From: Octopus vulgaris
Taxonomy: Eukaryota
Length of the DNA: 64,000 bases
Direction: 5' to 3'
Assembly (NCBI GenBank): GCA_951406725.2
Contig: OX597833.1
Coordinates: 37,696,001 to 37,760,000 of the forward strand
The number at the start of each line of letters is the position of its first letter. The first letter of the stretch is position 1. Below the pieces are notes generated by a model that saw only the letters and a list, made by a program, of their open reading frames with translations, was not told where the DNA came from and did no database searches. Positions 13,314-26,760 of the stretch are shown here, one piece after another. The position numbers and the translations under genes are program-made.

Positions 13314-13876
13314 GTTCCCTATGGATACCGTATTTATTACAACTAGTGGCTTGTAAACGTATCTAACAAGCGAAAGCAAGTTAGATACGTTTACAAGTCA
13401 CGAGTTGTAATAAATATGGTATCCATAGGGAATGAGTTTGGTATTTTATTTATTACACACGAATAACGAATAAACGACCATATTTTATTAAACCCAATAA
13501 AACTAAATTCTTCACATCGTGTTGAAGCGCGCATGAATACAGCTTGATTTCACGTCAGTGACGTCACAATGTGTAACTGTAAAAGATGTCATGCCGCAGG
13601 AAGATAGTCCGACTTTATAGCGCTAAGTTTTCAGGTGAAATGACTGATAACTGATGACTGTTTAACATTTTGTTAACATTCAAGTTCACGTTCAAGAAAT
13701 ACATAACACAGATTGAAAGTTTAGTTGTAACTTATGAATGACAAAAGTAGTGCCGTCACCATGACCTCGGGTCATCACCATGGATTGACCAATCAGAAGC
13801 AGCACTCGCAGTATCTGACATATGTTAGATACCAAAAATATCTCAAAGTGTTCTCACTCACATGTGTGTAATAAAT
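13314..13876. mobile_element. Non-autonomous DNA element with a long terminal palindrome (Crypton-like architecture, tentative)
   Basis: ~54-bp inverted arms at 13314-13433. ttattacacac (~13450) is inverted relative to the terminal gtgtgtaataa (~13864). CpG-rich relative to the flanks. Confidence 0.45.
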
Positions 13877-14414
13877 AACTATACTCAAGAAGACCTATTC
13901 ACCGCAGCAGAATTGATACCCATGCTGGTACCACATAAAAAGCACCCAGTATACTCTGTAAAGTGGTTGGCATTAGGAAGGGCATCCAGCCATAGGAACT
14001 ATGCCAGAACAGCCAATGGAGCCTGGTGCAGCCACTAGCCTTACCAGCTTCAGTCAAACTATCCAACCCATGCCATCATGGAAAACGAACGTTAAATGAT
14101 GATGATGATTTTACCAAAGTAACTGTTTTCTCATGGTATAGTGTTCCCCAATGGTCTATTTTATAAACCCAACTCAATTTGCATGCATGCATGTATGTGT
14201 GTTTCTGTATGTGAGTGTATGTGTGTACATATATGCATGTGTGTACATATATATGTGCACATATATGTGTGTACACAACATGTGTGCATTTATGTATGTG
14301 TGTATGTATGTATGTGCGTGTATGTGCATGCGTGTGCATGTTTGCATGTATGTGTATGGTTCATTTTCTATTTTATTCCTTTCTTTTAAAACAAATTGAT
14401 TTCTTAAATATACA

Positions 14415-14447
<33 letters not shown>

Positions 14448-14513
14448 ACATATGTATTAGTGAGCATATGCCATTTTCTCTTTATATTCTTTTCTTTTAT
14501 AATGAAAGAGATG

Positions 14514-14601
14514 GGAAGAAGAAGAAGAAGAAGAAGAAGAAGAAGAAGAAGAAGAAGAAGAAGAAGAAGAAGAAGAAGAAGAAGAAGAAGAAGAAGAAGA
14601 A
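14514..14601. repeat. (GAA)n microsatellite
   Basis: Perfect tract, seen directly. Confidence 0.95.
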
Positions 14602-15191
14602 GCTATAAAAAAGAAAATGAAGCCAGAAGTTAGGAGAAGAGCATAAAGATGGTAGCAATAGTCATCAATTTGACTAATTACCAATTCACTTGAGGTAAAA
14701 TGAAATAATAAACAAGAAAATGTGACACACAGACACCCGATTATTTAAACATCAAATTCTCCACAGAAGTAGATGAAGGTCATTGACTATATTGATGTTG
14801 TTGATACTGGTGTACTGCTAACACTGGGTTAGAATTGCCATTTATCATTATCATCATCATCATCACCATAGTATTTTTGTTATTATTGCTGTTGTTGTTA
14901 ATTATTGCTTTCATTGATCTCATTAGGGTTTAATGGTAGTTTAACTGTCTTAATTCATCAGAAGTCAACGTACCAAAAATACACACCTTAACAGACGGTA
15001 TCAGCAATGATTTGTATGCTACAGCCTTAGTATTGATTTCTGCTGACCAAGTACATTGTCCCCACCATCATCATCATCCTCGTAATCATCAACAACATCA
15101 CCAACATCATCATCATCATCAACATGATGATGATGATGAGTGCTTCAGCAAAATGCCTGTAACTTTATGTATGTATGTATGTATGCATATA

Positions 15192-15577
15192 TACTCTTTT
15201 ACTTGTTTCAGTCATTTGACTGCAGCCATGCTGGAGCACCGCCTTTAGTCGAGCAAATCGACCCCGGGACTTATTCTTTGTAAGCCCAGTACTTATCTAT
15301 CTTTTGCCGAACCGCTAAGTGACGGGGACGTAAACACACCAGCATCGGTTGTCAAACAATGCTAGGGGGACAAACACAGACACACAAACATACACACACA
15401 TATATACATATATACGACGGGCTTCTTTCAGTTTCCGTCTACCAAATCCACTCACAAGGCTTTGGTTGGCCCGAGGCTATAGTAGAAGACACTTGCCCAA
15501 GATGCCACGCAGTGGGACTGAACCCGGGACCATGTGGTTGGTAAGCAAGCTACTTACCACACAGCCACTCCTGCGCC
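15192..15577 (-). mobile_element. SINE family A copy
   Basis: Reverse complement of 23008-23405. Confidence 0.8.
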
Positions 15578-16206
15578 TATATATATATATAGCTGAAATC
15601 TTAAAATATCATTCATGCTACAATGACATTTTGATCAAGATTGTAATTTAAATATGAACACTTTAGAACAGGCAGTAAGTCTCAAGAGAATTGGTATTAA
15701 AATGGTTTATAGGAATGACACGTCAGATAATGTAATTCTAGATGATGCCTAAAGGGAATAGAACTCTGGTCTACTCAATCTGTGCTGAGATAAACAACAT
15801 CAACACCTTTTAATATTGATAATCAGTTCCAGCTAAAAGTATAAAAGAATTTTATATCATTGTTTCAGGATTCCTATTTCTGTGATTATTATTACTAACC
15901 ATTAATAATTAGCTGGCAGAATCATTAGCATGCTGGACAAAAAGTTTAGTGGTATTTTGTCTGTCTTTATGTTCTAAGTTCAAATTCTGCTGAAATTGAC
16001 TTTACCTTTATCCTTTTGGGTTCAATAAAATAAGTACCAGTTGAGTACTGGGGTTGATGTAATCGACTTAACCCCTGCCCCAAAATTTCTATATAGACAC
16101 AAGGCCTATAGTAGAAAGGATTTATTACTAAGCATTATTAAAACAATGTTAATAATAACCAGCCTTAAAAGACAGCACCATTGTTATTAACCATCATTAA
16201 TTCTCT

Positions 16207-16612
16207 TTTACTCTTTTACTTGTTTCAGTCATTTGACTGCGGCATTGCTGGAGCACCGCCTTTAGTCGAGCAAATCGACCCCGGGACTTATTCTTTGTAA
16301 GCCCAGTACTTATTCTATCGGTCTCTTTTGCCTTCTGCTAAGTGACGGGGACGTAAACACACCAGCATCGGTTGTCAAGCAATGCTAGAGGGACAAACAC
16401 TGACACACAAACATATACATACACATACATACATATATATACATATATACGACAGGCTTCTTTCAGTCTCCATCTACCAAATCCACTCACAAGGCATTGG
16501 TCGGCCCGAGGCTATAGCAGAAGACACTTGCCCAAGATGCCACGCAGTGGAACTGAACCCAGAACCATGTGGTTGGTAGGCAAGCTACTTACCACAAAGC
16601 CACTCCTGCGCC
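16207..16612 (-). mobile_element. SINE family A copy
   Basis: Reverse complement of 23008-23405. Confidence 0.8.
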
Positions 16613-17838
16613 TTTAATATTGATTTCAAATTTTGGCACAAAGTCAGCAATTTTGTGGGAGCAGGTAAGTCGGTTACATCTACTCCAGTGCTCAACTGAT
16701 ATTTATTTTATAGACCTCGAAAGGATGAAAGACAAAGTCAACCTTGGTAGCATTTGAACTCAAAATGTGAGGACAGACAAATTGTTGCTAAGCATTATGC
16801 TTGGTGTGCTAACAACACCGCCAGTTCACTGCCTTCATTAACTCATTAGCATTAACCATAACAGACATCATTATTAGCCATTATAAAGTGCCAACCTGAC
16901 AGAATCATTACCACAATGAATAAAATGCTTTACATTCTCAATTCAAATGCTGCCAAGTTTAACTTTGCTATTCATTCTCATGGTGGTTGATAAAATAAGT
17001 ACCAGTCATATACTGAGGTTGATGTAATCAACAATCCTCCTCTTTCAAAATTTCAGGTTTAGAGCCTATGGCAGAAAGGTTTATTATTAACCATTATTAC
17101 TAACCATAAATAACATCTTTAATCTCAATTTCAAATTTTGACACAAGGCCAGCAACCTTGAGGAAAGGGATAAGTCAATTATAATCGACTTATTGATAAT
17201 TATCAATAATTAACTTATTGATAATTATCAATAATCAACTAATTGATAATTATTAACCTCAGTGCTCAACTGGTACCTATTTTATTAACCACAAAAGGAT
17301 GAAAGGTAAAGTTAACCCCATCAGAATTTGAACTCAGAACATAACGACAGATGAAATGCCACTAAGCATTTTGCCCAGACTGCTAAAAATTCTACCAGCT
17401 CACCACCTTAAAAGACACCTTTAATATCAGTAACTATAGAAGGGCAGTGCATTAGCAGAATTATTAGAGTGTGCCCAAAAATGCCATGCAGTATATGTTC
17501 CTGCTATTTACATTCTGAGTTCAAATCCTGCCATGGTCAGCATTCTCTTTCATACCTCCAGGGTTTATGATATAAAGGTACTTGGGTCAAGTTTAGGGAT
17601 TGATGACATAAATTAATTCTTTTTCTCTCACAATTTTTCTCACTTTGTCCCTGAATGAATGACAATTATTGAGTGGGCACAAGCATGGTTCTGTGGTTAA
17701 GAAGCTTCATTTGTACTCAGACAGCTTTGAGTTCAGTCCTACTGCACAGCACCTTAAGCAAGTGACTTCTACTCTAGCCCTAGGTCAACCAACGCTTTGT
17801 GAGTGAATTTCGTGGACAGAAACTGTGAGGAAGCCTGT

Positions 17839-17871
<33 letters not shown>

Positions 17872-17875
<4 letters not shown>

Positions 17876-18180
17876 TTAAAGAAGACAGAAAATGGAGAAA
17901 TATCAATGAACAACAACTAACTTACATCAATTATTATTTATTAATTCAATACAAATAGATTGCATCCCATCTAACAGCTGTTTCTGCTTCCAATGTAGTA
18001 TGGCATTGCCAGTGATATGCTAAAATATTTATAATATTAATGGTGATACTATACAACATTGGAAGCAGAAAGAGCTGTTAGATGGAATGCAGTCTATTTG
18101 TATTGAATTAATAAATAATAATTGATGTAAGTCAATTGTTGTTCAGCAATATTTCTCCATTTTCTGTCTTCTTTAAATTT
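17872..18180. repeat. Long imperfect palindrome (~130-bp arms)
   Basis: aaatttaaagaagacagaaaatggagaaata... / ...tatttctccattttctgtcttctttaaattt. Confidence 0.9.
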
Positions 18181-18321
18181 TGATTCTTGATAAACTCATG
18201 TTTATCCTTGTCTTTACCTATAATTTATGAGCATAATATGCTTGCATATGTATACCCATGGTTAAACATAGGTAATATACCAATAGTGTAATGGATACAT
18301 AACCTCTAACTCAACTAACCT

Positions 18322-18374
<53 letters not shown>

Positions 18375-18399
18375 AGACAGACAAAAAGGAGATGCATAT

Positions 18400-20005
18400 A
18401 TTACACAACAAGTATTCTTACAGAATGTCAGGGGCCTTGTAACATCCCACCAGTGCAAAGAGATACACATACCAAAATATGTTGTATTTTGAACTGATAG
18501 GGGAGAAAGAACTCATGGTGGAGTTGTAATATTCATCTGGGAAGATGTCACCCTTGTTGTCCTGCTATCACACTCAACTCCTTTTGTGACACTCTGGTGG
18601 TACACATTAAACAGATCAAAATGGTAATATATACTGCATATCTCCATAAGATGCTCCAAATCATGGGGACTCATTCAAAGAGAGCCTTGAAAAGATGAAA
18701 GAAGTATTAAGCAACCTAGATGGCAACCTTCATATACTTCTTCTAAGAGACTTAAACCTCTCTAATGTCAAATGGCCTGAATGCTGCCTCAGGTATGTCA
18801 TTGCATGAACAGAGACAAACAGAGTCTCTGCTTGACCTCACAAACATACTATACATGGAGCAAGCAGTACTCCACCTAACAAGAGGTAAAAATGTTCTGG
18901 ACCTCTGCTTCACAAATAACATGGTGCTCATCCATAATGTTACGGTGACACCAATGATTTTCTCCGACCATGACTTAGTAGAACTAACAATGTATAGTCT
19001 GCACAAAACTGCAGACATGCAGGCTAATAGAAGCACCCAATCCCTTTCCAGCCTGAACTCTCATAAAGCTGATTGAAAGGGTATACAGAAATAGATCATG
19101 GAACAAAACTGGTCTACCAGTCTCTCTATGCAAGATGTTGACCTAAAGCTACAGTACTTTATGATAATCATGCATGACATATGCAGTAAGTCTGCTCCAG
19201 AGAAAATGTCAAACATACAGAAAAGCAAAATTCCCAGGGATCAGAAGATTCTAACGAAATGACAAGCAAAGATGCCAAACCATCTAAATGAGTCAGTGAA
19301 GGATAGTGAAGAATCTTATCTCAAGCAAACATTGCTTGAAGTTGAAAGTGAACTCAAACACTCCCATGAAAAGGAGAGGGCAAAAAGAAGCCAGGGCTGT
19401 AAAAAATGTAAATACAAACTCTAAAGCCTTCTATAGATTTGCAAACGAGTCTACTTTGAAGAAAAAAGCTCACCAACTGCAGATCCACAGAAGATAAGTG
19501 AAATACTGAATGTGCAATACAAAAGTGTTTTCACAATTCCATTGCGACACTCACAAATAGCTATGCTTGATGAGTTCTTCAGCGCCACAGCTCTAGAAAG
19601 TTAAAGGAAGGCATAATATCTTCTATCCATAAAGAAAGTAGCTGAAGGGATGTTAAAAATTAGAGGCCTGTCTCTCTAACCTCATATGTCAGTAAAGTCA
19701 TAGAGGAAGCTGATCATATTCCTAGAAGATTATGACTTTCTCCCTCCCACCCAGCATGACTTCTGCTCAGAAAGAAGCTGCCTTACACAGTTTCTGCAGC
19801 ATTATGATTGGGTGTTAAAACAATTAATGAATCACTCAAACATGGATGTGATATATCTCGATTTTGTAAAGGCTTTTGATAAAGTTGATCACAGGATGAT
19901 ATGTCACAAGCTATGGACCCAGCATAGTTGGAAAATTAGGAGAATGGTTACATGACTTCTTAAAAGATACCAGGCTGTGGAAGCCAATGGGGCCCTCTCC
20001 AATTC
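18400..20005 (+). mobile_element. Decayed CR1/L2-group LINE (AP endonuclease and RT remnants)
   Basis: Remnant motifs TRGKNVLDLCFTNN, SDHDLV, QHDFCSERSCLTQ and YLDFVKAFDKVDH, with many stops and frameshifts. Confidence 0.8.
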
Positions 20006-20214
20006 ATTATTTACAGCATTCACCTCTTTCCCCATTTCTTAGCACCTATCACTCTCCAGAAACTTATCTACTCATCCACCCTTTCTGTCTGTACTCTCTT
20101 GTATTCACCTTCTTGTCCCTTGAGGGTATATCCTGGCACTTCATAACCACCATCTCTTCACTCTCTTTCCAGCAAGAATAGCTATATATCTCCTCTATAG
20201 CAAGACACCTGTTC

Positions 20215-20265
<51 letters not shown>

Positions 20266-20374
20266 CCATACATATACACATAGATATACAAGCATACAGA
20301 TATATACATATGCACACACACTCACACACACACATATACATATACATATATGTGTGTTTGTAGTGTGTATGTGT

Positions 20375-21120
20375 GAGTTCAACAAAGGTTTAGCCTGGGT
20401 CAAACAAAATGACCCAGTAAGCTCCTTCGATATGGCGATGGCAGCATTTGTCAGCACAGATATTTGCAATTTCATAGGACTGTATATACTGGACATCTTA
20501 ACAAAGAAGTTTCCATCAGTCCTTTTTGATCTATACAGTGATGATGCTTTAGCTATCTCTAGAGGTGCTAACAGGCATACCTGACAGACTTAGGAAAGAA
20601 CTAACTTGCACTTGACACTAACCTTACCACTGTTAACTTACATTGGACCTGGGTTCCTGTTCATACAAGACCTACCACAAACCAAATAAAAGCCTGTTAT
20701 ACATTAACACAGCCTCCTACTACCTACCTAACGTGTTCAAGAACCTAGAGAAAGGTGTCAGTAGGAGGATTTTGAACATGTCTGCCTATAAAGAAATTTT
20801 TGAAGCTACAGACCCTATTACAATGACATTTTGGCATCAAGTGGGTTTAAGGACCATATCTCTTATATGCCACAAAAGGAAGCCCCACTGCAAAGTCATT
20901 TGTTTGCCCCATCCTTTTCACTCAACATCAAGATTTGCATGAGAAGGATATTTCTTAGATTAGTGGACAAACACTTCACACAATCACATAGATAAAGGTG
21001 TTTGTTTAATAGACACAACTTAAAGGATTCTTTCAGCTGTGTGACCAGTGTTAAAAAGATTTATTAGTGAGTACCCCTAAACCATGTGCAGAGGTAGGAT
21101 GCTCATACAGGGTTAACAAT
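20375..21120 (+). mobile_element. Decayed Penelope-like element RT fragment
   Basis: FDMAMAAFVSTDICNFIGLYIL, LYSDDAL and YKTYHKPNKSLLYINTAS resemble the Penelope RT motifs MGSFDGAE..LVGLYIL, YRDDGL and YRKPN..PLYIN..SNHPP. The frame is disrupted. Confidence 0.7.
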
Positions 21121-23007
21121 AAGTGCCTTAGTATTGATTTCTGCTGACCAAGTACATTGTCCCCACCATCATCATCATCCTCGTAATCATCAACAACATC
21201 ACCAACATCATCATCAACATGATGACGATGATGAGTGTTTCAGAAAATGCCTGTAACTTTACGTATGTATGTATGTATGTATGTATGTATGTATGTATGT
21301 ATGTATGTATGTATGTATGTATGTATGTATGTATGTATGTATGTATGTATGTATGTATGTATGCATATATATATATATATTTATATATATACTCTTTTTT
21401 TTACTTTTTTACTTGTTTCGGTCATTTGACTGCGGCCATGCTGGAGCACCACCTTTAGTCGAGCAAATCGACCCCGGGACTTATTCTTTGTAAGCCCAGT
21501 ACTTATTCTATCGATCTCTTTTGCCGAACCGCTAAGTGACGGGGACGTAAACACACTAGCATCGGTTGTCAAGCAATGCTAGGGGGTCAATGCAACTCTG
21601 AAGGTGCCACCACTAGCATTGGTAGCAACAACAGCAATGACACCATTAACACACCTGCTGACAACAACAACAGTAGCAGCAATTGCAACAGTGGCAGTGG
21701 TGCAGCAGTGCATCAAGTAGCAGCAGCAGCAATAGGGATAGCTACAACAGCAACCAACAACACATCCAGCAATAACGGCAGTGATACCATCAATAGTGGC
21801 ATCATCAGCATCACCACCAGCAACAGTAATATCAACGATAATAACAATAAGAGCAGCTGTGATGCACCACTAGCATAAGGGCACATACATGAAAATATGT
21901 CAGTTCTACAGGTGGCCCATTCAAGCATCATCTTTGTAATCACAGGTCCTCCTTTAGCAAACCAGAGAGGCACAACATCACACTCCTGACCAGCTACTTA
22001 TGGTGTTTAAAAGAGAAGGATACATAATACATAATTAAATGGATGCTCCTAGAATAACTGGGATAGTGCCTCAATGGGAGTAAACGATGTAAACTTTGCT
22101 TGGCTGAAAGAGCAAGAATCCTGAAAAACTCACTTGATCTGGGGATTTTTTAAACTTCAAAAAAGAGATGTTTAGTCAGTACCCTCATCAGAGAAAATTC
22201 ATGTGCCAACAAGGGAAATGCAACCAACTTCAGTAGGTCTGTCATGGACACACAATTGGAACTGAATTAAGGAGGATAACTACACCTTGTCCAATAGTTT
22301 TGTTCCAGAATTTTTTTGTTTACGAAACTAACTGATCATGATGTATCCCTCCCTCTAGTTGTAGAGACATTATGTGCCTCAAGCCAGAGGCTGACAAGTC
22401 CCTTATACAGCTAAGCACTTTATAGATGTGAAACCAATGGTCACTCTCTAACTGGCCATAACAACCTTCTAAACACACACACACACAAAATATGTATGGA
22501 ACTTTGGTTTATGAAAGCTTCTTACCATGAAAAAATCATTTTACAAACAATATTTTGAAGAAAAAACATCTTAGGTGACAAATGGTGTCTTGAGAAATGA
22601 GCAGTTGGCAACAAGTTAGGAATATCAGAGGGAGACCATCAGTTACTATCTAACTTTCCTCAGTGCACAGCCCTGCTTGAATTTACTGTGCCTTCTCTTG
22701 AATTTACTATGGGAAAAATAGTTTAGGCTTATGAACATTTCGGATGATAAATGACATTCAGGAAGAAATCAAATTCATAAACCAAGGTTCTGTGGCATTA
22801 TGAAAGCAATGAACACACAAAAAAAAAAAAAACAGAAGACAACACAGGAGGACAAGTTTTAACAAGACTTGTATTAGTTTAATACTAAAAAGAAAGGGAA
22901 ATAATCTTAACATTTGGGACACTAGGCTTTCATCAGAAAACAAAAATTAGAATAAAAATAAGGAGAGTGAAAGAGAGAAAACAGTTGGTGAAAGAAAAAA
23001 ATGAATA

Positions 23008-23405
23008 GGCGCAGGAGTGGCTGTGTGGTAAGTAGCTTGCTTACCAACCACATGGTTCCAGGTTCAGTCCCACTGCATGGCATCTTGGGCAAGTGTCTTC
23101 TGCTATAGCCTCAGGCCGACCAATGCCTTGTGAGTGGATTTGGTAGATGGAAACTGAAAGAAGCCTGTCGTATATATGTATATATATATGTATGTGTGTG
23201 TATCTGTGTTTGTCCCCCTAGCATTGCTTGACAACCGATGCTGATGTGTTTACGTCCCCGTCACTTAGCGGTTCGGCAAATGAGACCGATAGAATAAGTA
23301 CTGGGCTTACAAAGAATAAGTCCCTGGGTCGATTTGCTCGACTAAAGGTGGTGCTCCAGCATGGCTGCAGTCAAATGACTGAAACAAGTAAAAGAGTAAA
23401 GAGTA
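23008..23405 (+). mobile_element. tRNA-derived SINE family A, full copy
   Basis: Head tggctgtgtggt (A box) and ggttcagtccc (B box), CORE-like cttgggcaagtgtctt, internal TA/TG microsatellite, tail aaagagt. Confidence 0.8.
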
Positions 23406-23813
23406 AATGAACAGGCAAGGGGGATAGTGGCTTAACGGAAAGGTAATTCTAGAAAAGTGAAAGGGGTGAAGATCCATGTATAGGTAGGGTACCCATGTAT
23501 TGAGATGTGTATCGGAGAGTGGTGAGTATTTTGTTCAAGTATGCGGGTATTTTGAAAATACCTCATGGAGTGACAACTGTGCCCAGCATAGTTATGTGTT
23601 GCCCTTTCTCAAGGTAAAGCACCCATTCAGCCACCCTACCAGGTATATGGCGAAACCATGGAAGTGCAGCATGGCGGATTGTGAAGAGGTGGTGGAAGAG
23701 CTCAAATGAACCAACATTGATGTTAAGGAGAGGAATCTATGAAGATCAATGGTCAGAATCACCAAGCTCTATCAAGAGAGTAACTGCAACACATCCATGG
23801 AGGTGGCATCCAT

Positions 23814-24571
23814 GGTTCAGTCCCACTGCATGGCACCTTTTGAAGGCGTCTTCTACTATAGCCTCAGGCCAATCGAAGCCTTGTGAATGGATTTGGTAGA
23901 CGGAAACTGAAAGAAGACCGTCGCGTGTGTGTGGGTGTGGGTGTCCACCACCGCTTGGCAACCGGTGTTGGTGTGTTTACGTAGATTCATATAACAAAAT
24001 TTCCTTAAGGCGGTGCCCCAGGATGGTCTAGTGACTGAAACAAATAAAAAATATAAAAGATATATACCAGTTAATGAAAGATTCACTGTGCCTCAAGCTC
24101 CCAATTCAAATTCATGATAAGGGAATTGGATGGCTTCAGAGTCATGGGAATCCACAAAAGCAGCATGACCAAAGAAAAAGATGTGTATGTGGTGTTTTTC
24201 TGGGTGTATGTGTATGGGTAGAGGTGTGCAAGCATGAGAGTGTAGTAGCATGGGACAGTGGCTGGTGTGTATGTATACTCATATATTGTGCAAAGAAAGC
24301 ATGGAAGTAAGGAGCTGGTATATATCTTTTATATTTTATATTTGTTTCAGTCACTAGACCATCCTGGGGCACCGCCTTAAGGAAATTTTGTTACATGAAT
24401 CTACGTAAACACACCAACACCGGTTGCCAAGCGGTGGTGGACACACACACCCACACACACGCGACGGTCTTCTTTCAGTTTCCGTCTACCAAATCCATTC
24501 ACAAGGCTTCGATTGGCCTGAGGCTATAGTAGAAAACACCTTCCAAAGGTGCCATGCAGTGGGACTGATCC
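23814..24571. repeat. Inverted duplication (~255-bp arms, ~245-bp spacer)
   Basis: 23814-24070 versus 24315-24571, with only a few mismatches. Confidence 0.9.
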
Positions 24572-24699
24572 AGGAACCATGTGGTTATGAAGTAATCTTC
24601 TTACCGCACACGGAAATATGTTTAAATGTACTCAAAAGAAGCATACACACTTGTATGAGTGTAAGCGTATGCGTATTTATTTTTCTGAACCCAAACATT

Positions 24700-25088
24700 C
24701 TTTTCTACTCTAGGGACAAGGCCCGAAATTTTGGGGGAGGGGGCCAGTCGATTAGATCACCTCCAGTACGCAACTGGTACTTAATTTATCGACCCCCAAA
24801 AGGATGAAAGGCAAAGTCGACCTCGACGGAACTCAGAACATAAGATAGACGAAATACCTATTTCTTTACTACCCACAAGGGGATAAACACAGAGAGGACA
24901 AACAAGGACAGACAAACTGATTAAGTCGATTATATCGACCCCAGTGCGTAACTGGTACTGTTTAATCGACCCCGAAAGGATGATAGACAAAGTAGCCCTC
25001 GGCGGAATTTGAACTCAGAACGTAGCGGCAGACGAAATACCGCTAAACATTTCGCCAGGAGTGCTAACGTTTCTGCCAGCTCGCCGCT
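24700..25088 (-). mobile_element. tRNA-derived SINE family B, young composite copy. Other copies: ~1248-1460, 6836-7050, 15910-16120, 16620-16835, 17130-17410, 37180-37383, 39757-39965, 40677-40890, 43150-43370, 56520-56738, 60255-60468
   Basis: Shared sequence ggcgagctggcagaa..ttagca..gagttcaaattc (B box)..ctttgcctttcatcctttcggggtcgat, dispersed on both strands. Confidence 0.75.
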
Positions 25089-26131
25089 TTCTGAACCCAA
25101 GTATTGAGATACAGATAATAGCGAAACAGCAACTATGAAGAATAAACAAAAAGGTAGTAATAGTATAATTTTTTTTATGTAATAAATTCACCAAAATGAC
25201 AATACGATACAGTGAATATATCAGGTTTCAAATCCCATACGATCCAATATGGGAGTCTGTATGTGATCCCTTACTTTGCTAGAAATAACAGCTAAACTCC
25301 CCATAAATCATACCCTTTCCCCTTAAATAAGGAAATGATACATGAGATTACGTAAGTCCTACATAATCCTAAAATTGGCGAGATGGTTGCGGCTGTAACG
25401 TATTTGATGAGAAATCTGTTCGATCAGAGGTGACCAGGAGAACAACACTCCATATAACAAAGTCAACGAAATTCAATAAAGATGCGTTACAAAACAATGA
25501 GTAGAAAACAAACATGCCATCGAAATGTTTTGATGTGAGACGGGGGAAAGGGATAACAATTAAGGACTCCGTAATCATGAAGTTTTGGGATCGATCTTTG
25601 TGGAATTTTAGATATGTGTCTTTTATTTATATAGCCTTGAAGCGAACCAAGCTTCGATAGTTAAATTAGGTATATAGAAACTGTATGGAAGCCCAGCGGA
25701 CGAAATGTACCTGTAATACAAAGGGGGCCAGTATTGTCGCCCTCTGTGTCACGATGATCCTGTCTGAAGATTACATTAAAAGTACAAGTGTCTGTGGAAG
25801 GCTCAGCCACTTTGTAATTCAATGAATACCTAATTCAACTGGAACACTCATAATCAAAACAGACATTATACAATATTCATAGAAATAATATTTACAATGT
25901 ATAAATTTATTACACATTATAATATTTCCTTACTGTAAATAAGAAAGAAGTGTTTGATTTCCTCTCTGATAAACTCGTGTAATTGCAACGTGAGTTCAAT
26001 CTCTCTTGTTTACTATGCTTTGTCTAAATAAGGGGTACAAATAACTAAGGATTATTCTATAAAGGGAATAAAGAAAATAATGTGAATGAATGAATGAATA
26101 AATGAATGAATATAGGTGAAAATGTATCTAC

Positions 26132-26256
26132 CTGCAGTGAACTTTCACACGGCAGCAGGTACATTGAGATCGGAGAGAAGGAGAACCTTGTCTGCGGTAG
26201 CCCAAGAAATCACCAGATTCCGAATCCTCGACTTCGTCTGTGGTTAAACTAAACAT
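26132..26256 (-). CDS. Gene 1, first coding exon: MFSLTTDEVEDSESGDFLGYRRQGSPSLRSQCTCCRVKVHC(S); product unknown
   Basis: ATG in gcaATG context at 26256-26254, 41 open codons plus 2 nt, then donor CAG|gtagat. Lies in non-repetitive CpG-rich sequence. Confidence 0.65.
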
Positions 26257-26760
26257 TGCCACATCAACAACATTGACGGCAAACAAACAAACTGGGAATA
26301 TATATATACGACAACCAGATGGCTGTGCTTAAAACGACAACGATCCCAGCATCAACAGCGTCAATTCAGCAGCAACAGTGGCAGTGGCATCAATAATAAT
26401 CAATAATCACCATCATCGTCATCACCATCACCTACATACGTACACTGTCAGCAGCAGTGGTGAGAAGCGGCTGGCAATGGATATGTGAACAAGGTGTTCG
26501 CCTCTCGGTTCAGGGAGTTGCGTGTTCGTACATTGTCAGTGGTATAATGCAGAACAACCGTGAAAGACACTGTGCTAGACAGTGAACATTGACTGCATCC
26601 TCGAAATTTCACCTGACGGCGGTACATGGAGAAATAGAACGGAACGGAAAGAGAGAAAGGGGTGGGAGGAGGACGAACAGAGAAAAACAAGGTGACAGAC
26701 GGAGGCAGAAACAGGAATCGCTGTTGGTGTGTTGATATGTTAACAGGGAGTTTGCCATTC
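26140..26760 (-). promoter_or_regulatory. CpG-enriched 5' UTR/promoter region of gene 1
   Basis: Unique sequence with visibly more CpG than the flanks, around the first coding exon. The TSS cannot be determined from sequence. Confidence 0.45.

Noticed and set aside
21576-21878. 100-aa Asn/Ser/Ala-rich ORF
   Set aside because: It starts within a SINE and consists of degenerate CAA/CAG repeats, with no splice context.
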